Below, one piece after another: positions 1 through 8,970 of a stretch of DNA of 64,000 nt. The position numbers and the translations under genes are program-made. Source of the DNA: a bacterium (GTDB lineage: Bacteria; UBA8248; JACPRG01; G963555815); assembly GCA_965218795.1 (NCBI GenBank), contig OZ244653.1, forward strand, positions 992,001 through 1,056,000, given 5' to 3'. Under the pieces are notes generated by a model that saw nothing but the letters and a program-made list of their open reading frames with translations, made no database searches and was not told the DNA's origin. Numbering within the stretch: the first letter of the stretch is position 1; every line of letters starts with the position of its first letter.

Positions 1-555
1 GGCCAGATCGTCGAGCAGACCGCAGAGCCAGCGCGCGATCTCCTGGAAATCCTCCGACGAATAGGTCTTGATCCAATCGGCGTAGGGATTGGCCTCGGTG
101 ACATCGCCCTCGCGCTCCAGCATCGCACCCAATTCGGCGTATCCCCATTGACATGGCATGAGGGCGGCCGCGACCTCCGGCAATCCCCCGGAGTGGGCCG
201 CCTCCAGCAGATGCCTCGTATAGGCGTACGCCGTGGGGGCAAGTTTCGCCGATTCCAGCTCCTGCGCCGATATTCCGAACCGCTCGGCATAGGATCGGTG
301 AAGCTCCATCTCCTGATTCAGCGTGGCGTCCAGCAGCCCGGCAAACCTCCCCATCGTCTCCAGGCCGCCCCCTTTTGTCACGGCCAGGGCCAGAACCCGA
401 GCGTATTCGACCAGGAATACGTAATCCTGGGCCATATAAAAGCGGAACGCCTCAAGCGGAACCGAGCCGTCCCCCAGCCCCTGAATGAAAGGATGCCGCC
501 GAATCTCATTCCAGACGATCTCGCCCTGTTTTTTCAGCGCCTGGGTAAATCCCAT
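1..555 (-). CDS. tenA: Thiaminase II (TenA), 3' end runs off window
   Basis: Not in ORF track. Manual translation from ATG 555: MGFTQALKKQGEIVWNEIRRHPFIQGLGDGSVPLEAFRFYMAQDYVFLVEYAR...NPYADWIKTYSSEDF, typical TenA motifs. Confidence 0.9.
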   Translation of the reverse strand, partial: MGFTQALKKQGEIVWNEIRRHPFIQGLGDGSVPLEAFRFYMAQDYVFLVEYARVLALAVTKGGGLETMGRFAGLLDATLNQEMELHRSYAERFGISAQELESAKLAPTAYAYTRHLLEAAHSGGLPEVAAALMPCQWGYAELGAMLEREGDVTEANPYADWIKTYSSEDFQEIARWLCGLLDDLA

Positions 556-578
556 CGGAGGGTTCCCCTCTTGAGTCA

Positions 579-1319
579 TCAGTAAAACACCTCGACGAGG
601 AACAGGCCGCAGGCGGGGGCCGTCGGTCCCGCCAGGGTCCGCTCCTTCGATTCCAGAATTTCTTTGACCCATTGCGGTCTTCTTTTCTTTTTCCCCACAT
701 CGACCAGGGTCCCGGCGATGGTCCTCACCATGTACCGCAGGAATCCGTCGGCGGTCACCCGGATCTCAATGGAGTCGCTCTCTTGGAGGACGCGAGCCTC
801 CTCGATCGTCCTCACCGAATCGCGCGGCAAATCGGAATCCCCGCCCCAGAAGGCGCGAAAATCATGCGTGCCGACCAGGTATTGGGCCCCCTCGCGCATC
901 GCGTGGACGTCCAGCGGGGAGATGATATGCCAAGCGTAGTTCCTGAGAATGGCCGAGGGGGATTCCCGGTTGAGGATGACATACTTGTAGGCCTTCCCCC
1001 GGGTGCGATACTGGGCGTGAAAATCCGCTTCCATTTCCTCCACCCGCTTCACGACGACATCTTCCGGCAATCGGGCGTTCAGTGCGCGCCGAAGCTCCTC
1101 GGGCTGAATGGATGTCTCCAGGCTGAAATTGGCCATCTGGGCAAGGGCGTGCACTCCGGCGTCCGTTCGACCCGATGCGTAAACCGTCGGCCTGACGCCG
1201 CAGATCCGCTCAATGGCGTCCAGAAGCGCACCTTGCACCGTCGGAGCGTTTTTCTGTAACTGCCAGCCGTGGTAAGCCGTTCCGTCATATTCCAGCGTCA
1301 GAGCGAAATTTTTCGTCAT
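579..1319 (-). CDS. truA: tRNA pseudouridine(38-40) synthase
   Basis: LEYDGTAYHGWQ, ASGRTDAGVHA, GFLRYMVR, AGPTAPACGLFL motifs; start trimmed to ATG 1319. Confidence 0.97.
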   Translation of the reverse strand: MTKNFALTLEYDGTAYHGWQLQKNAPTVQGALLDAIERICGVRPTVYASGRTDAGVHALAQMANFSLETSIQPEELRRALNARLPEDVVVKRVEEMEADFHAQYRTRGKAYKYVILNRESPSAILRNYAWHIISPLDVHAMREGAQYLVGTHDFRAFWGGDSDLPRDSVRTIEEARVLQESDSIEIRVTADGFLRYMVRTIAGTLVDVGKKKRRPQWVKEILESKERTLAGPTAPACGLFLVEVFY

Positions 1320-1678
1320 CGAGGAAATTCCACTATGGGTCGGACGGACGCGCCACTCTGAAGGAGGCTCAGTATTGCAACGCACATTACGATTGTAAAG
1401 GAACCCGGAGGGGTCCGGTTGGAACCGAATCGCGGATAGGGATCACACCCCCTGTTCCGTCGGGCGCATGGACTGAATTCAGTTTTCATAAAGTCTTTGA
1501 CGTAGAAGAAATCTTTTATTAAGATCCTGTCGTTGGATTCGTAGTAGATCTCGGTTGACATTCCACGTGAGATGGCGGCGGTCCGACACGGGGAGACCTG
1601 TCCCGGAGATATGTGCCGGGGTACGGGGGTGTATGGTCATATGGGGCCAGCGAAACGTTTTGGGAGGTGTAAGGTCGT

Positions 1679-1885
1679 ATGCGGATAGGGACAGTGAAGT
1701 GGTTCAATGAATCAAAAGGATATGGGTTCATCAGCCAGGAGGAGGGACCGGACGTCTTCGTCCATTATTCCTCCATCACGATGGACGGGTTCAAAACTCT
1801 TGCAGAAGGGGATATGGTCAATTTCGAGGTAGAGGAAGGCCCGAAAGGCCTGAAGGCCATTAACGTATCGCGCGCACCCGAATGA
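1679..1885 (+). CDS. Cold-shock protein (CspA family)
   Basis: GTVKWFN..KGYGFI..DVFVHYS RNP motifs; GGAGG upstream. Confidence 0.97.
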   Translation: MRIGTVKWFNESKGYGFISQEEGPDVFVHYSSITMDGFKTLAEGDMVNFEVEEGPKGLKAINVSRAPE

Positions 1886-1973
1886 GTTCTTCACGGGACG
1901 GGAGAAATCCCCCCCGTACACGGTGACGGCGTCCATTTTTCGAAGGCAGTCCACACCTGACGATCCCTGCGTC

Positions 1974-2004
1974 AGGCGGGGGGGGGCTCGCCTTCTTTTT
2001 TTTT
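1974..2004 (+). terminator. Probable intrinsic terminator after csp
   Basis: aggcggg/ctcgcct hairpin followed by a long T run. Confidence 0.55.
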
Positions 2005-2073
2005 ACGGACGTGATCGTCACAAATCAAGACCCTTGGTCCATTTGACAAGCCCACCGAAAAAACTCTGACTCC

Positions 2074-3414
2074 TCAAAGAACGCCTTCCGGCCAACCGCT
2101 TGCAGCAGAATGGTCAGCCGTGTCGGCTCCCTCAACCACCATCCCGGGGGTAATCGTGAATCGCAGGGCCTGATGGGCCAAGCGGAGCGCGCTCTCGGTC
2201 TCCCCGGGTGTGGCGCCCCGGGAGAAGATGAATCCGAGATAACTATCCCCTTCCGGAAGCGGCACGAGGATCTGACGAGGCTTGGCCGTGATGACCACGT
2301 CCTCCACCCCGTTCAACCGGCGCGCCTCATCGACACCCTCGACCCGCTGGAGGATGCCGCCCTGCGGAATCGGGATCATCATGACTCCCGCCGCCGCGTG
2401 CGGCATGGCCTTCCAATCGATGGACCAGCCGAGGGAGTGCCGAAGCACGATTTCCTCCAGAGACATCCCGCAGGCGGTCCGCAGGACCCTGGAACACAGG
2501 CCGCCAATGGGACGGGAGGCGATTTCCAGTACGTACACCCCTCCCTCGTTCACCCGGGCTTCGGCATGGACGGGGCCATGAAATAATCCAAGCGCCCTGC
2601 AGGCCTCCTCAACGGAGCGTTCAACAGCCGCCTGGGCCGACCGCTCAAGACGCGAGGGGGTCACATACAGGGTTTCTTCGAAGAATGGGCCGTCCAGGGG
2701 ATCGGGCTTGTCGAACAACGCCAGCGGCCTCAGTCGCCCGTCATCCATCAATCCCTCAAGGGAGATTTCCGCTCCTTCAATGAAGTCCTCGACGAGGATG
2801 GTTTCGTCCGCCGGATCCCTTCTGGCGCGAATCTCGGGCGCCTCCAGAATCTTTCTGATGCGATGGAACGCCAGCTCGAATGAACGGCAATCGTCCGCCC
2901 GGATGACGCCCCGGCTCGCACCCAGTCCCAAGGGTTTCAGAACGCATGGATAGCTCTGCTTTTTTGAATGCGATTCCGGATCGGTCCAGCCGGGTACCGG
3001 AGTGAACTTCGGGACGGGGAGCCCCGCCTCAAGGAACGCACGCCTCGACAACAGTTTGTTCCTCGCGGCCGCGGCCGCGTTCGGCGGATGGTGTCGGAGC
3101 CCCAACGCTTGGGCGGCCTGAGCGGCAACCACCGTTGGTCTGTCGCCGATGGGTATGACGGCGTCTATCGGTCTGTCGCGGGATGCGCTCAGAATCGCGC
3201 TCACGCATTGGTCCAGCTCTTCGAACCGCAAGGCGAGAGCGCCGTCGAGCCATGGGTCGTTGAGTACGTGACAACGGTCCGTCCCGATCAGGACATCCAG
3301 CCCCAGGGCGCTTGCCGCGTCCAGGAAATCCCGGGCCTGGTAGCCGGTGGTGGCATACAGGAGAAGAACCCGCGGGCGCCGCGAGCCCTCTGAGATGGAT
3401 GGGCGGGGGTTCAT
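2074..3414 (-). CDS. ATP-grasp domain protein (amino-acid-ligase-like)
   Basis: ARNKLLSR..AGLPVP, YPCVLKP..GASRGVI, ILVEDFIEGAEISLEG, HAEAR..VLEIASRPIGG; ATG 3414 sits 1 nt after the read-through stop of the radical SAM gene. Confidence 0.9.
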   Translation of the reverse strand: MNPRPSISEGSRRPRVLLLYATTGYQARDFLDAASALGLDVLIGTDRCHVLNDPWLDGALALRFEELDQCVSAILSASRDRPIDAVIPIGDRPTVVAAQAAQALGLRHHPPNAAAAARNKLLSRRAFLEAGLPVPKFTPVPGWTDPESHSKKQSYPCVLKPLGLGASRGVIRADDCRSFELAFHRIRKILEAPEIRARRDPADETILVEDFIEGAEISLEGLMDDGRLRPLALFDKPDPLDGPFFEETLYVTPSRLERSAQAAVERSVEEACRALGLFHGPVHAEARVNEGGVYVLEIASRPIGGLCSRVLRTACGMSLEEIVLRHSLGWSIDWKAMPHAAAGVMMIPIPQGGILQRVEGVDEARRLNGVEDVVITAKPRQILVPLPEGDSYLGFIFSRGATPGETESALRLAHQALRFTITPGMVVEGADTADHSAASGWPEGVL

Positions 3415-3415
3415 A

Positions 3416-4816
3416 TCAAATCGGAGCCAACTGCTCCTCCAGAGGCTCCGCTCAGCAGTACCAAGGCTCGGTGAGGAAAGGAATTGCGGCCGGAGAGGGT
3501 AAAAGCGGGAGGTCGGGGAGATACTGAACCTCGATCCCTTCGGCCCGATGAGCCGCTCTCCAGACCCGTGCAAAGACTTCGCGGCGGCTCAGGCCCGCTT
3601 CACCGCCCTTTTGGACAATGTCCAGGACTTCGCGGTGAAGCGCATCCACGCGGGCGTCCTCGTGCCGCCAAGTCCAGCTCAGCAGTGAAGGATCGAATCC
3701 TTCCAGGGCTTCCCTGACCTCACCGAGTTCCAGCAGCCGGGAACCCGCGGGGATCAGGAGCCGAATCGCCAGCTGAACGGGAGAAACATGCCCCACCAGG
3801 TCCAACTCGATCAGCAGAGAGAGAAGGTCTCGATAACCCTTCAACGTGGTCCAGGGAGTGAAAGTCACGAAGGTCGGATTCAGATTCATCCCGATGTCCC
3901 TGAACATCCCGACGGCGCGGACAAAATCGTCGCGTGTGTGCCCCTTGTCGAAAATCTCCAACACCCTGTCGTCAATGGCCTCGACCGCACTGGTCACAAA
4001 GCCGCAGCCGGTATCCCGCAAGACGGTCAACTGATCCGCGTGCTTCAGAAGGTGCTCCACTTTGATCGTGACGTCGTAGGTCAAGTCCGGATGTGCGGCA
4101 TGCAGCTCCCGAACCAGGGAGAGAGCGTGCCGAATCCCATTGAAAAAATCCGGATCTCCGAATGTGATGTGCCGCGCTCCATGGTCCACCTGCCTCCGGA
4201 TGTCTTCCAGAACGATGTCCCGCTGGACCACCCGAAAGGCCCCCTGATACACGGGAACGACCGGGCAGTGCCGGCATAAGTGCTTGCAGCCCCGGCTGGC
4301 CTCCGTGTACCCGACGGTGCGCGTTTGGCCGTTTCCCAAGTCCAGTCCGGCATAGGAGACCAGGTCCGGCAGATCGCTTCGGTCGGGAACCTTGAACTGG
4401 AGACGCTCCATGCCGATCCGGGTATTCCCGGGAGTGTTGCCGCTCTGTCCCGAACCGAGTTGACGGGCGAGCGCGGCGAGGTCCTTCTCGAACTCACCGC
4501 CCAGAAGGGTCTGTACGCCCAGGCCGCGAAGGTAATCGGCATTGACCGTGGCATAGAGACCGTAAAAGCAGATGTGCGCATTCGGGTTCAGCGACTGGAC
4601 ACGCCCCAGCACGCTGACCGCGATCCTCGTGGCCGTGTGCATGGGGACGTAAAAAGCGACCAGATCGGCCGCTCGAACCGGCTCTTCGAGCAACGGGAGA
4701 ACGGACAGATCCTGGCAGGTGACGTCCACGCCCTCCCGCCGGAGCCACCCGGCCGGAGAAGCCAGCCCGAACGGCTGCCTGCCAAGGTCATAGGTGGAGA
4801 TCAATACGACCTTCAT
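3416..4816 (-). CDS. CUAEP-tail radical SAM selenoprotein with N-terminal B12-binding-like domain
   Basis: CxxxCxxC (CKHLCRHC). In-frame TGA 3452-3454 reads on as EPWYC-U-AEPLEEQLAPI*; hairpin cggagcc...ggctccg directly after the UGA. Confidence 0.9.
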
Positions 4817-4939
4817 GGTCTTCCTCGATGCGCCCGCTGGCCGGCTCAAGGTTTCGGGCTCCGTGGAATCCCCGGCGGGAAAGTTCTCGAAATCCGGATA
4901 CTCAATCTCGGCATCCGCAGCGAATCGCGATGGGGCGGT

Positions 4940-5221
4940 TCACCCTTTTGACTGGGGGGGGATATACCCCTCAGGCATCGCGGCGCCTTCGCCGAAGAAA
5001 TACTCATCGACCGATTTTTCGAATATTTCATCGGTTGAATCATCCATGAGGTTCAACCGGTATTCGTTCACGACCATCTTGAAATACTCGAGAAACATCT
5101 CCCAGCCTTCCGCGGACACGTTCTCGAAGACCTTTTGTCCCAGCTCTCCGGGAACGGGGGCTTCCGAAAGACCTGGGGCCTCCCGTTCCAACTTAACACA
5201 ATGGACCATCCGTATCGACAT
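4940..5221 (-). CDS. yggX: Fe(II)-trafficking / oxidative damage protection protein
   Basis: RMVHCVKLEREAPGL..PVPGELGQKVFENVSAEGW..VNEYRLNL..PEGYIPP. Confidence 0.9.
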   Translation of the reverse strand: MSIRMVHCVKLEREAPGLSEAPVPGELGQKVFENVSAEGWEMFLEYFKMVVNEYRLNLMDDSTDEIFEKSVDEYFFGEGAAMPEGYIPPQSKG

Positions 5222-5614
5222 GACGTCGCCTCCTGTCAAAGGACACGAAAACTGTTGCGTCCCCACCCATGATCTATGTATAACGATGTTCCCCGTCGTT
5301 CAAGGAAGCCTCCGGCAGCCTATGCCCCGCGCGGCGCCGGGGCGACGATGGAAAACCATTTTGACCCCGCCCCTTAAAAATTATAACATTTGGCTTGGGT
5401 ATACGTACCGGCGTACTCCCACCCAATAAACGCTCATGCAGGTTTTGTCGCTCGGCCGTGGGTCATGGAAATTCGGGGGAGTCTCGCAGGGCCACCCTGC
5501 CGTACGGCTCTCTTGCGTGACAGACGCGGCCGATATGCATTCGGTTCATTTTCCCAAGTTGCTGCCCGGGGCCTGTCAAGTCAACCGGGCATCGGGGTCT
5601 GGAGGATTCCCGTC

Positions 5615-6613
5615 ATGGCGAAGAAGAACCCCTCCACCATTGGCCGGACCATCCGGATTCGGGGAAATCTGGAGGGGGATGAAGACCTCGAATTCCTAGG
5701 GCGGATTGAAGGTGACCTGGACCTCAACGCCCACCACCTGTTGATAGGCGAAGGGGCCCAGGTGGACGCCAATATCCGGGGACGCGCCATCACAGTGGAG
5801 GGACAGGTCTCCGGGACGATCGAGCTGAGCGAGTTGTTGTGCGTCCAGGCGACCGGCTCCGTTTCAGGCGATGCCCATACCCCGCGGCTCCTGACGGAGG
5901 ACGGAGCCCGTCTTAACGGCCGCTTTGTCGTCGGGGCTTCGATGGACGGCGCGGGCCAGTGGATTCCGGACTTTGACCGCCTTCGCCGGCTCGTGCAATC
6001 TGAACTCCTCGGGGTGACCGATCAACATCTGGATTTTTCATCCAAGAGCCCGGACTGGGCGAGGTGGAGCATTCGGCGACAGGTGAGTCACATGGCCAAC
6101 AGCGTCTACTTTTGGCTCGTTGGCCGGTGGAAGGACGTTCTATGGGACAGAGTGGAGCCCGACCCGGAACTCGTCGAGATTGCCTTGGCCGATCACGGCC
6201 ATGACCGAATGCTCGACCCGTCCAGGTATCGGGACGTCCAGACGCTGCTCACAATGCTCAATCGATCGTACGATTTGATATATGAAGTGGCGGGCCGGGA
6301 AAGCGTCCAGTCCATCAGTGAGAAGAAGCTGACGCTCCATCTCGGCCCGGATGCCAGGGTGGGCGCCTCCGAGGAGAACGCGCATCAACTCTGGGAACGG
6401 TTCGGTCCGCTCCATGAGGGGGGCATCGTTCGGGACCCGCCGGACTCTTTTGCATGGACCTTCACGCTCGAGGCTACGCTTCGGCATCTCTATTACGAAC
6501 AACTCTCACACCTTCGTACCATCCATCGGCTGAAAAAGAAGCAGGGGCTTCCCTCTGTTGCACGGGTCCCCCGGGAGGGCTACCTCCAGTTCGACGGCTT
6601 CTGGAATGACTAG
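5615..6613 (+). CDS. Bactofilin domain fused to DinB-like domain
   Basis: N-terminal beta-helix repeats (TIGRTIRIRGNLEGDEDLEFLGRIEGDL...); C-terminal WSIRRQVSHM and LRHLYYEQLSH; GGAGG RBS before ATG 5615. Confidence 0.75.
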   Translation: MAKKNPSTIGRTIRIRGNLEGDEDLEFLGRIEGDLDLNAHHLLIGEGAQVDANIRGRAITVEGQVSGTIELSELLCVQATGSVSGDAHTPRLLTEDGARLNGRFVVGASMDGAGQWIPDFDRLRRLVQSELLGVTDQHLDFSSKSPDWARWSIRRQVSHMANSVYFWLVGRWKDVLWDRVEPDPELVEIALADHGHDRMLDPSRYRDVQTLLTMLNRSYDLIYEVAGRESVQSISEKKLTLHLGPDARVGASEENAHQLWERFGPLHEGGIVRDPPDSFAWTFTLEATLRHLYYEQLSHLRTIHRLKKKQGLPSVARVPREGYLQFDGFWND

Positions 6614-7109
6614 GGACTGTTAACGCTAGCGCAGGGCATCGACGATGAGCGCGAACGTCAGGGCCGTTCGAGCATCCGCGGCAACCAGATGAATCTTGGT
6701 GGTCCACCCGCCCCGGGACTGGCCGATGGACTGGGGGCCGTTTTTTGCAGCGCGCCCGTTCCGTCGGGATGGACCTTGACGAGGGTGCTGTCCAGCGACA
6801 CCGCCTCGAGCTGGATGCGCATGATCCGTTCCCGCTGCAGCTGCTCGAAGACCCGGTCGAGCACCCCGTTCCTGGACCAGCGGTTCATCCGGGTGTAGAT
6901 GGTGTGCCAGTTGCCGAACCGGGTCGGCAGCCCCCGCCACTTGCAGCCATGCTCGGCGACGTACAGGATGGCGTTGAGCACTTGCAGGTTCGACACGCTG
7001 ACGTTGCCGCGTTGCACCGGCAGGGAGGGCGCAATGCGTTCGTACTGAGCTTGGGTGATCTCCATCCGCAAAGGATAACATAACCCCACCCATTAGTGCT
7101 AACAGGCCC
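6613..7109 (-). mobile_element. IS5-family element, internally deleted copy
   Basis: Transposase N-part (GCKWRGLPTRFGNWHTIY..SLDST); imperfect IRs gggactgttaacgcta / tagtgctaacaggccc; flanking TA; lacks ~320 bp present in the 40142 copy. Confidence 0.9.
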
Positions 7110-7174
7110 TAAAGCACTCAAGGACAAGCCCCGCAGGAATGACAATCAAAAGGGCTGACAGGGGGAGTTCGACG

Positions 7175-7663
7175 GGAGTGCGGGCCTTCCACGCTGTCTG
7201 AGCCGTTTGTCATTCCTGCGCAAGCAGGAACCCATTCGGCAGGCTCTCGACTGAAGCATTCGCGGGCAGGCCTCGGCCGACAAAGACATTCGAGGAGAGG
7301 CCGCGCGGGTGGCCCCCGCCGCCATGCTTATCTATTTTTTCGGGTGAACAGACACAGCTTTCTCGCGTTGGATACGCAAGGTTCTACGTCGCGAAGATCG
7401 AAGTATTGGGTCATCGACGATAAGAACGTCTCCCAACAATACTCTTCGAATATATCCACACGGTTTCGCAGTAACCGCTGAACCATTGGGTCCGATTTCT
7501 CGACCCATTCGACCACGCCGCCGTTTCCCAATCCGGACAGCGTATCGGCAAAGTACTGTATCGGCACATTGCCGCCGATGCATATGTGGTGAATTACGGC
7601 CAGCGCAAGGAAAGCGTCGGATTTGACGCGTTCGAAAAGACTTTTCCTTTCGGTCAACGCCCA
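7175..7663. repeat. Direct duplication, copy 1 (matches 10776-11222)
   Basis: 7316-7663 appears identical to 10875-11222; 7175-7273 is similar to 10776-10874. Confidence 0.9.
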
Positions 7664-8725
7664 GCCGAGGGGCGGGCTGGGGTTGAGCAAATCCGTGACC
7701 AGCGGAACCACGCGGGTGTTGCCGCCGCCGCGGGCCTCCCTGTAGACGGTATCGACGCACGCGGGGTCGCCGTCAAGCGCGATCACGCAATCCGTTCGCT
7801 TGGCCGCGAGGAAGCTATAAGTGCCCGTATTGCATCCGATATCGAGAAGTTTCGTTCCGCCAATTTTCCTGAGATTGTCTTGGACGAGATTCCTTTTTCT
7901 CTGCTCTTCTTCCTCGGAATACGAATGCTCTTCGCTGTAAAGCAGCCACTCCGACTCTCGTCGATCGTATCGGAGAGACCGTATGACATCCCGAAGGTTT
8001 CGTACGTTGTGTTTGAGGGTCTTCCGCGAATATTTTATGCGGCCGAATGACTCGCGAATTGGAATATCCTGCTTACCGAAGGAACGTTCGAAGTGGGCCT
8101 GCAACCCAACATGCTTGAAAACGCCTTTTCTCCGATAATCCCAAATCCCGAAGAGCCGATCCATATCCGTCACACCGATGCCTGTGCCAGACCCCCTGAA
8201 CCAAAACTGGAAATCCACCTTCTTATATGCCGTCAGCATGAGTGGAAAAAGGAACTCTCGGCAAAACTGCCCATAGCCCTCCCACGGTTGATTTTCGTCA
8301 TAGTCGTCGAGCGAAAGTGTGTCGATGAACAAAAAGCGGCCCTCGAAGAAGGCGATATTGTAGGGAGTCGCGTCCTTCAAGGTGAGGTTCCTGTCCAGGC
8401 AGGCCTCCAGCAGGTCCAGCGTGGCCAGGGCGGCATCCCGAAGCATGGTGAACGACCACTCATACGGATAAGTGAGCACATCGATGGGCGCGTGCTCCAT
8501 GACTTCGGCGCCCACTTCGCCTTGCGCGAGCCCGGTTTCACCGGCGGGCGTGAGCCAGCACGGTAGCAACAGACCGGCATCGATCAGCGCCTGCAGATCA
8601 CCGGACTCCGTTAAACGCCGCATTCGCGCGAGCGCCGAAGCCGAAAGCGTTCGGAAGACTCGGCCCTCGGAGTAGAACACCCGCCCTTCGGGGTCCTTGA
8701 ACGAGCCCTTGTCGTAATCGGACAT
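7328..8725 (-). CDS. Class I SAM-dependent methyltransferase (NoeA-like)
   Basis: SFKDPEGRVF, TYPYEWSF, LKDATPYNI, LLDIGCNTG, FLALAVIHH. Confidence 0.85.
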   Translation of the reverse strand: MSDYDKGSFKDPEGRVFYSEGRVFRTLSASALARMRRLTESGDLQALIDAGLLLPCWLTPAGETGLAQGEVGAEVMEHAPIDVLTYPYEWSFTMLRDAALATLDLLEACLDRNLTLKDATPYNIAFFEGRFLFIDTLSLDDYDENQPWEGYGQFCREFLFPLMLTAYKKVDFQFWFRGSGTGIGVTDMDRLFGIWDYRRKGVFKHVGLQAHFERSFGKQDIPIRESFGRIKYSRKTLKHNVRNLRDVIRSLRYDRRESEWLLYSEEHSYSEEEEQRKRNLVQDNLRKIGGTKLLDIGCNTGTYSFLAAKRTDCVIALDGDPACVDTVYREARGGGNTRVVPLVTDLLNPSPPLGWALTERKSLFERVKSDAFLALAVIHHICIGGNVPIQYFADTLSGLGNGGVVEWVEKSDPMVQRLLRNRVDIFEEYCWETFLSSMTQYFDLRDVEPCVSNARKLCLFTRKNR

Positions 8726-8748
8726 GGCGCTGCGCTGCTCCGTTGGCG

Positions 8749-8970
8749 CTATCGCTTCCGTTTCGAGCCGGGCGGCTTTCGAAAGAAGAGTCTTCCGGCC
8801 GATTTCTTGATACGGTGCCAATACAGCTTGAGAACGACCAACAGCCCCGCGGCGCCGCCCAGAAGAAGCTGCAAAAGCATTCCTCCCGCGCCAGGGTCCA
8901 AATAAGCATGCGCGGCGGACGGATTGCCGAGAATCAACGCGGTCAAAATGACAAAGTAAAGTCGACTCAT
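8749..8970 (-). CDS. Small membrane protein with AHAYLDPG motif
   Basis: Signal-like N-terminus, AHA|YLDPGAGGMLLQLLLGG TM helix, basic tail; overlaps the upstream gene stop (ATGA). Confidence 0.75.
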   Translation of the reverse strand: MSRLYFVILTALILGNPSAAHAYLDPGAGGMLLQLLLGGAAGLLVVLKLYWHRIKKSAGRLFFRKPPGSKRKR

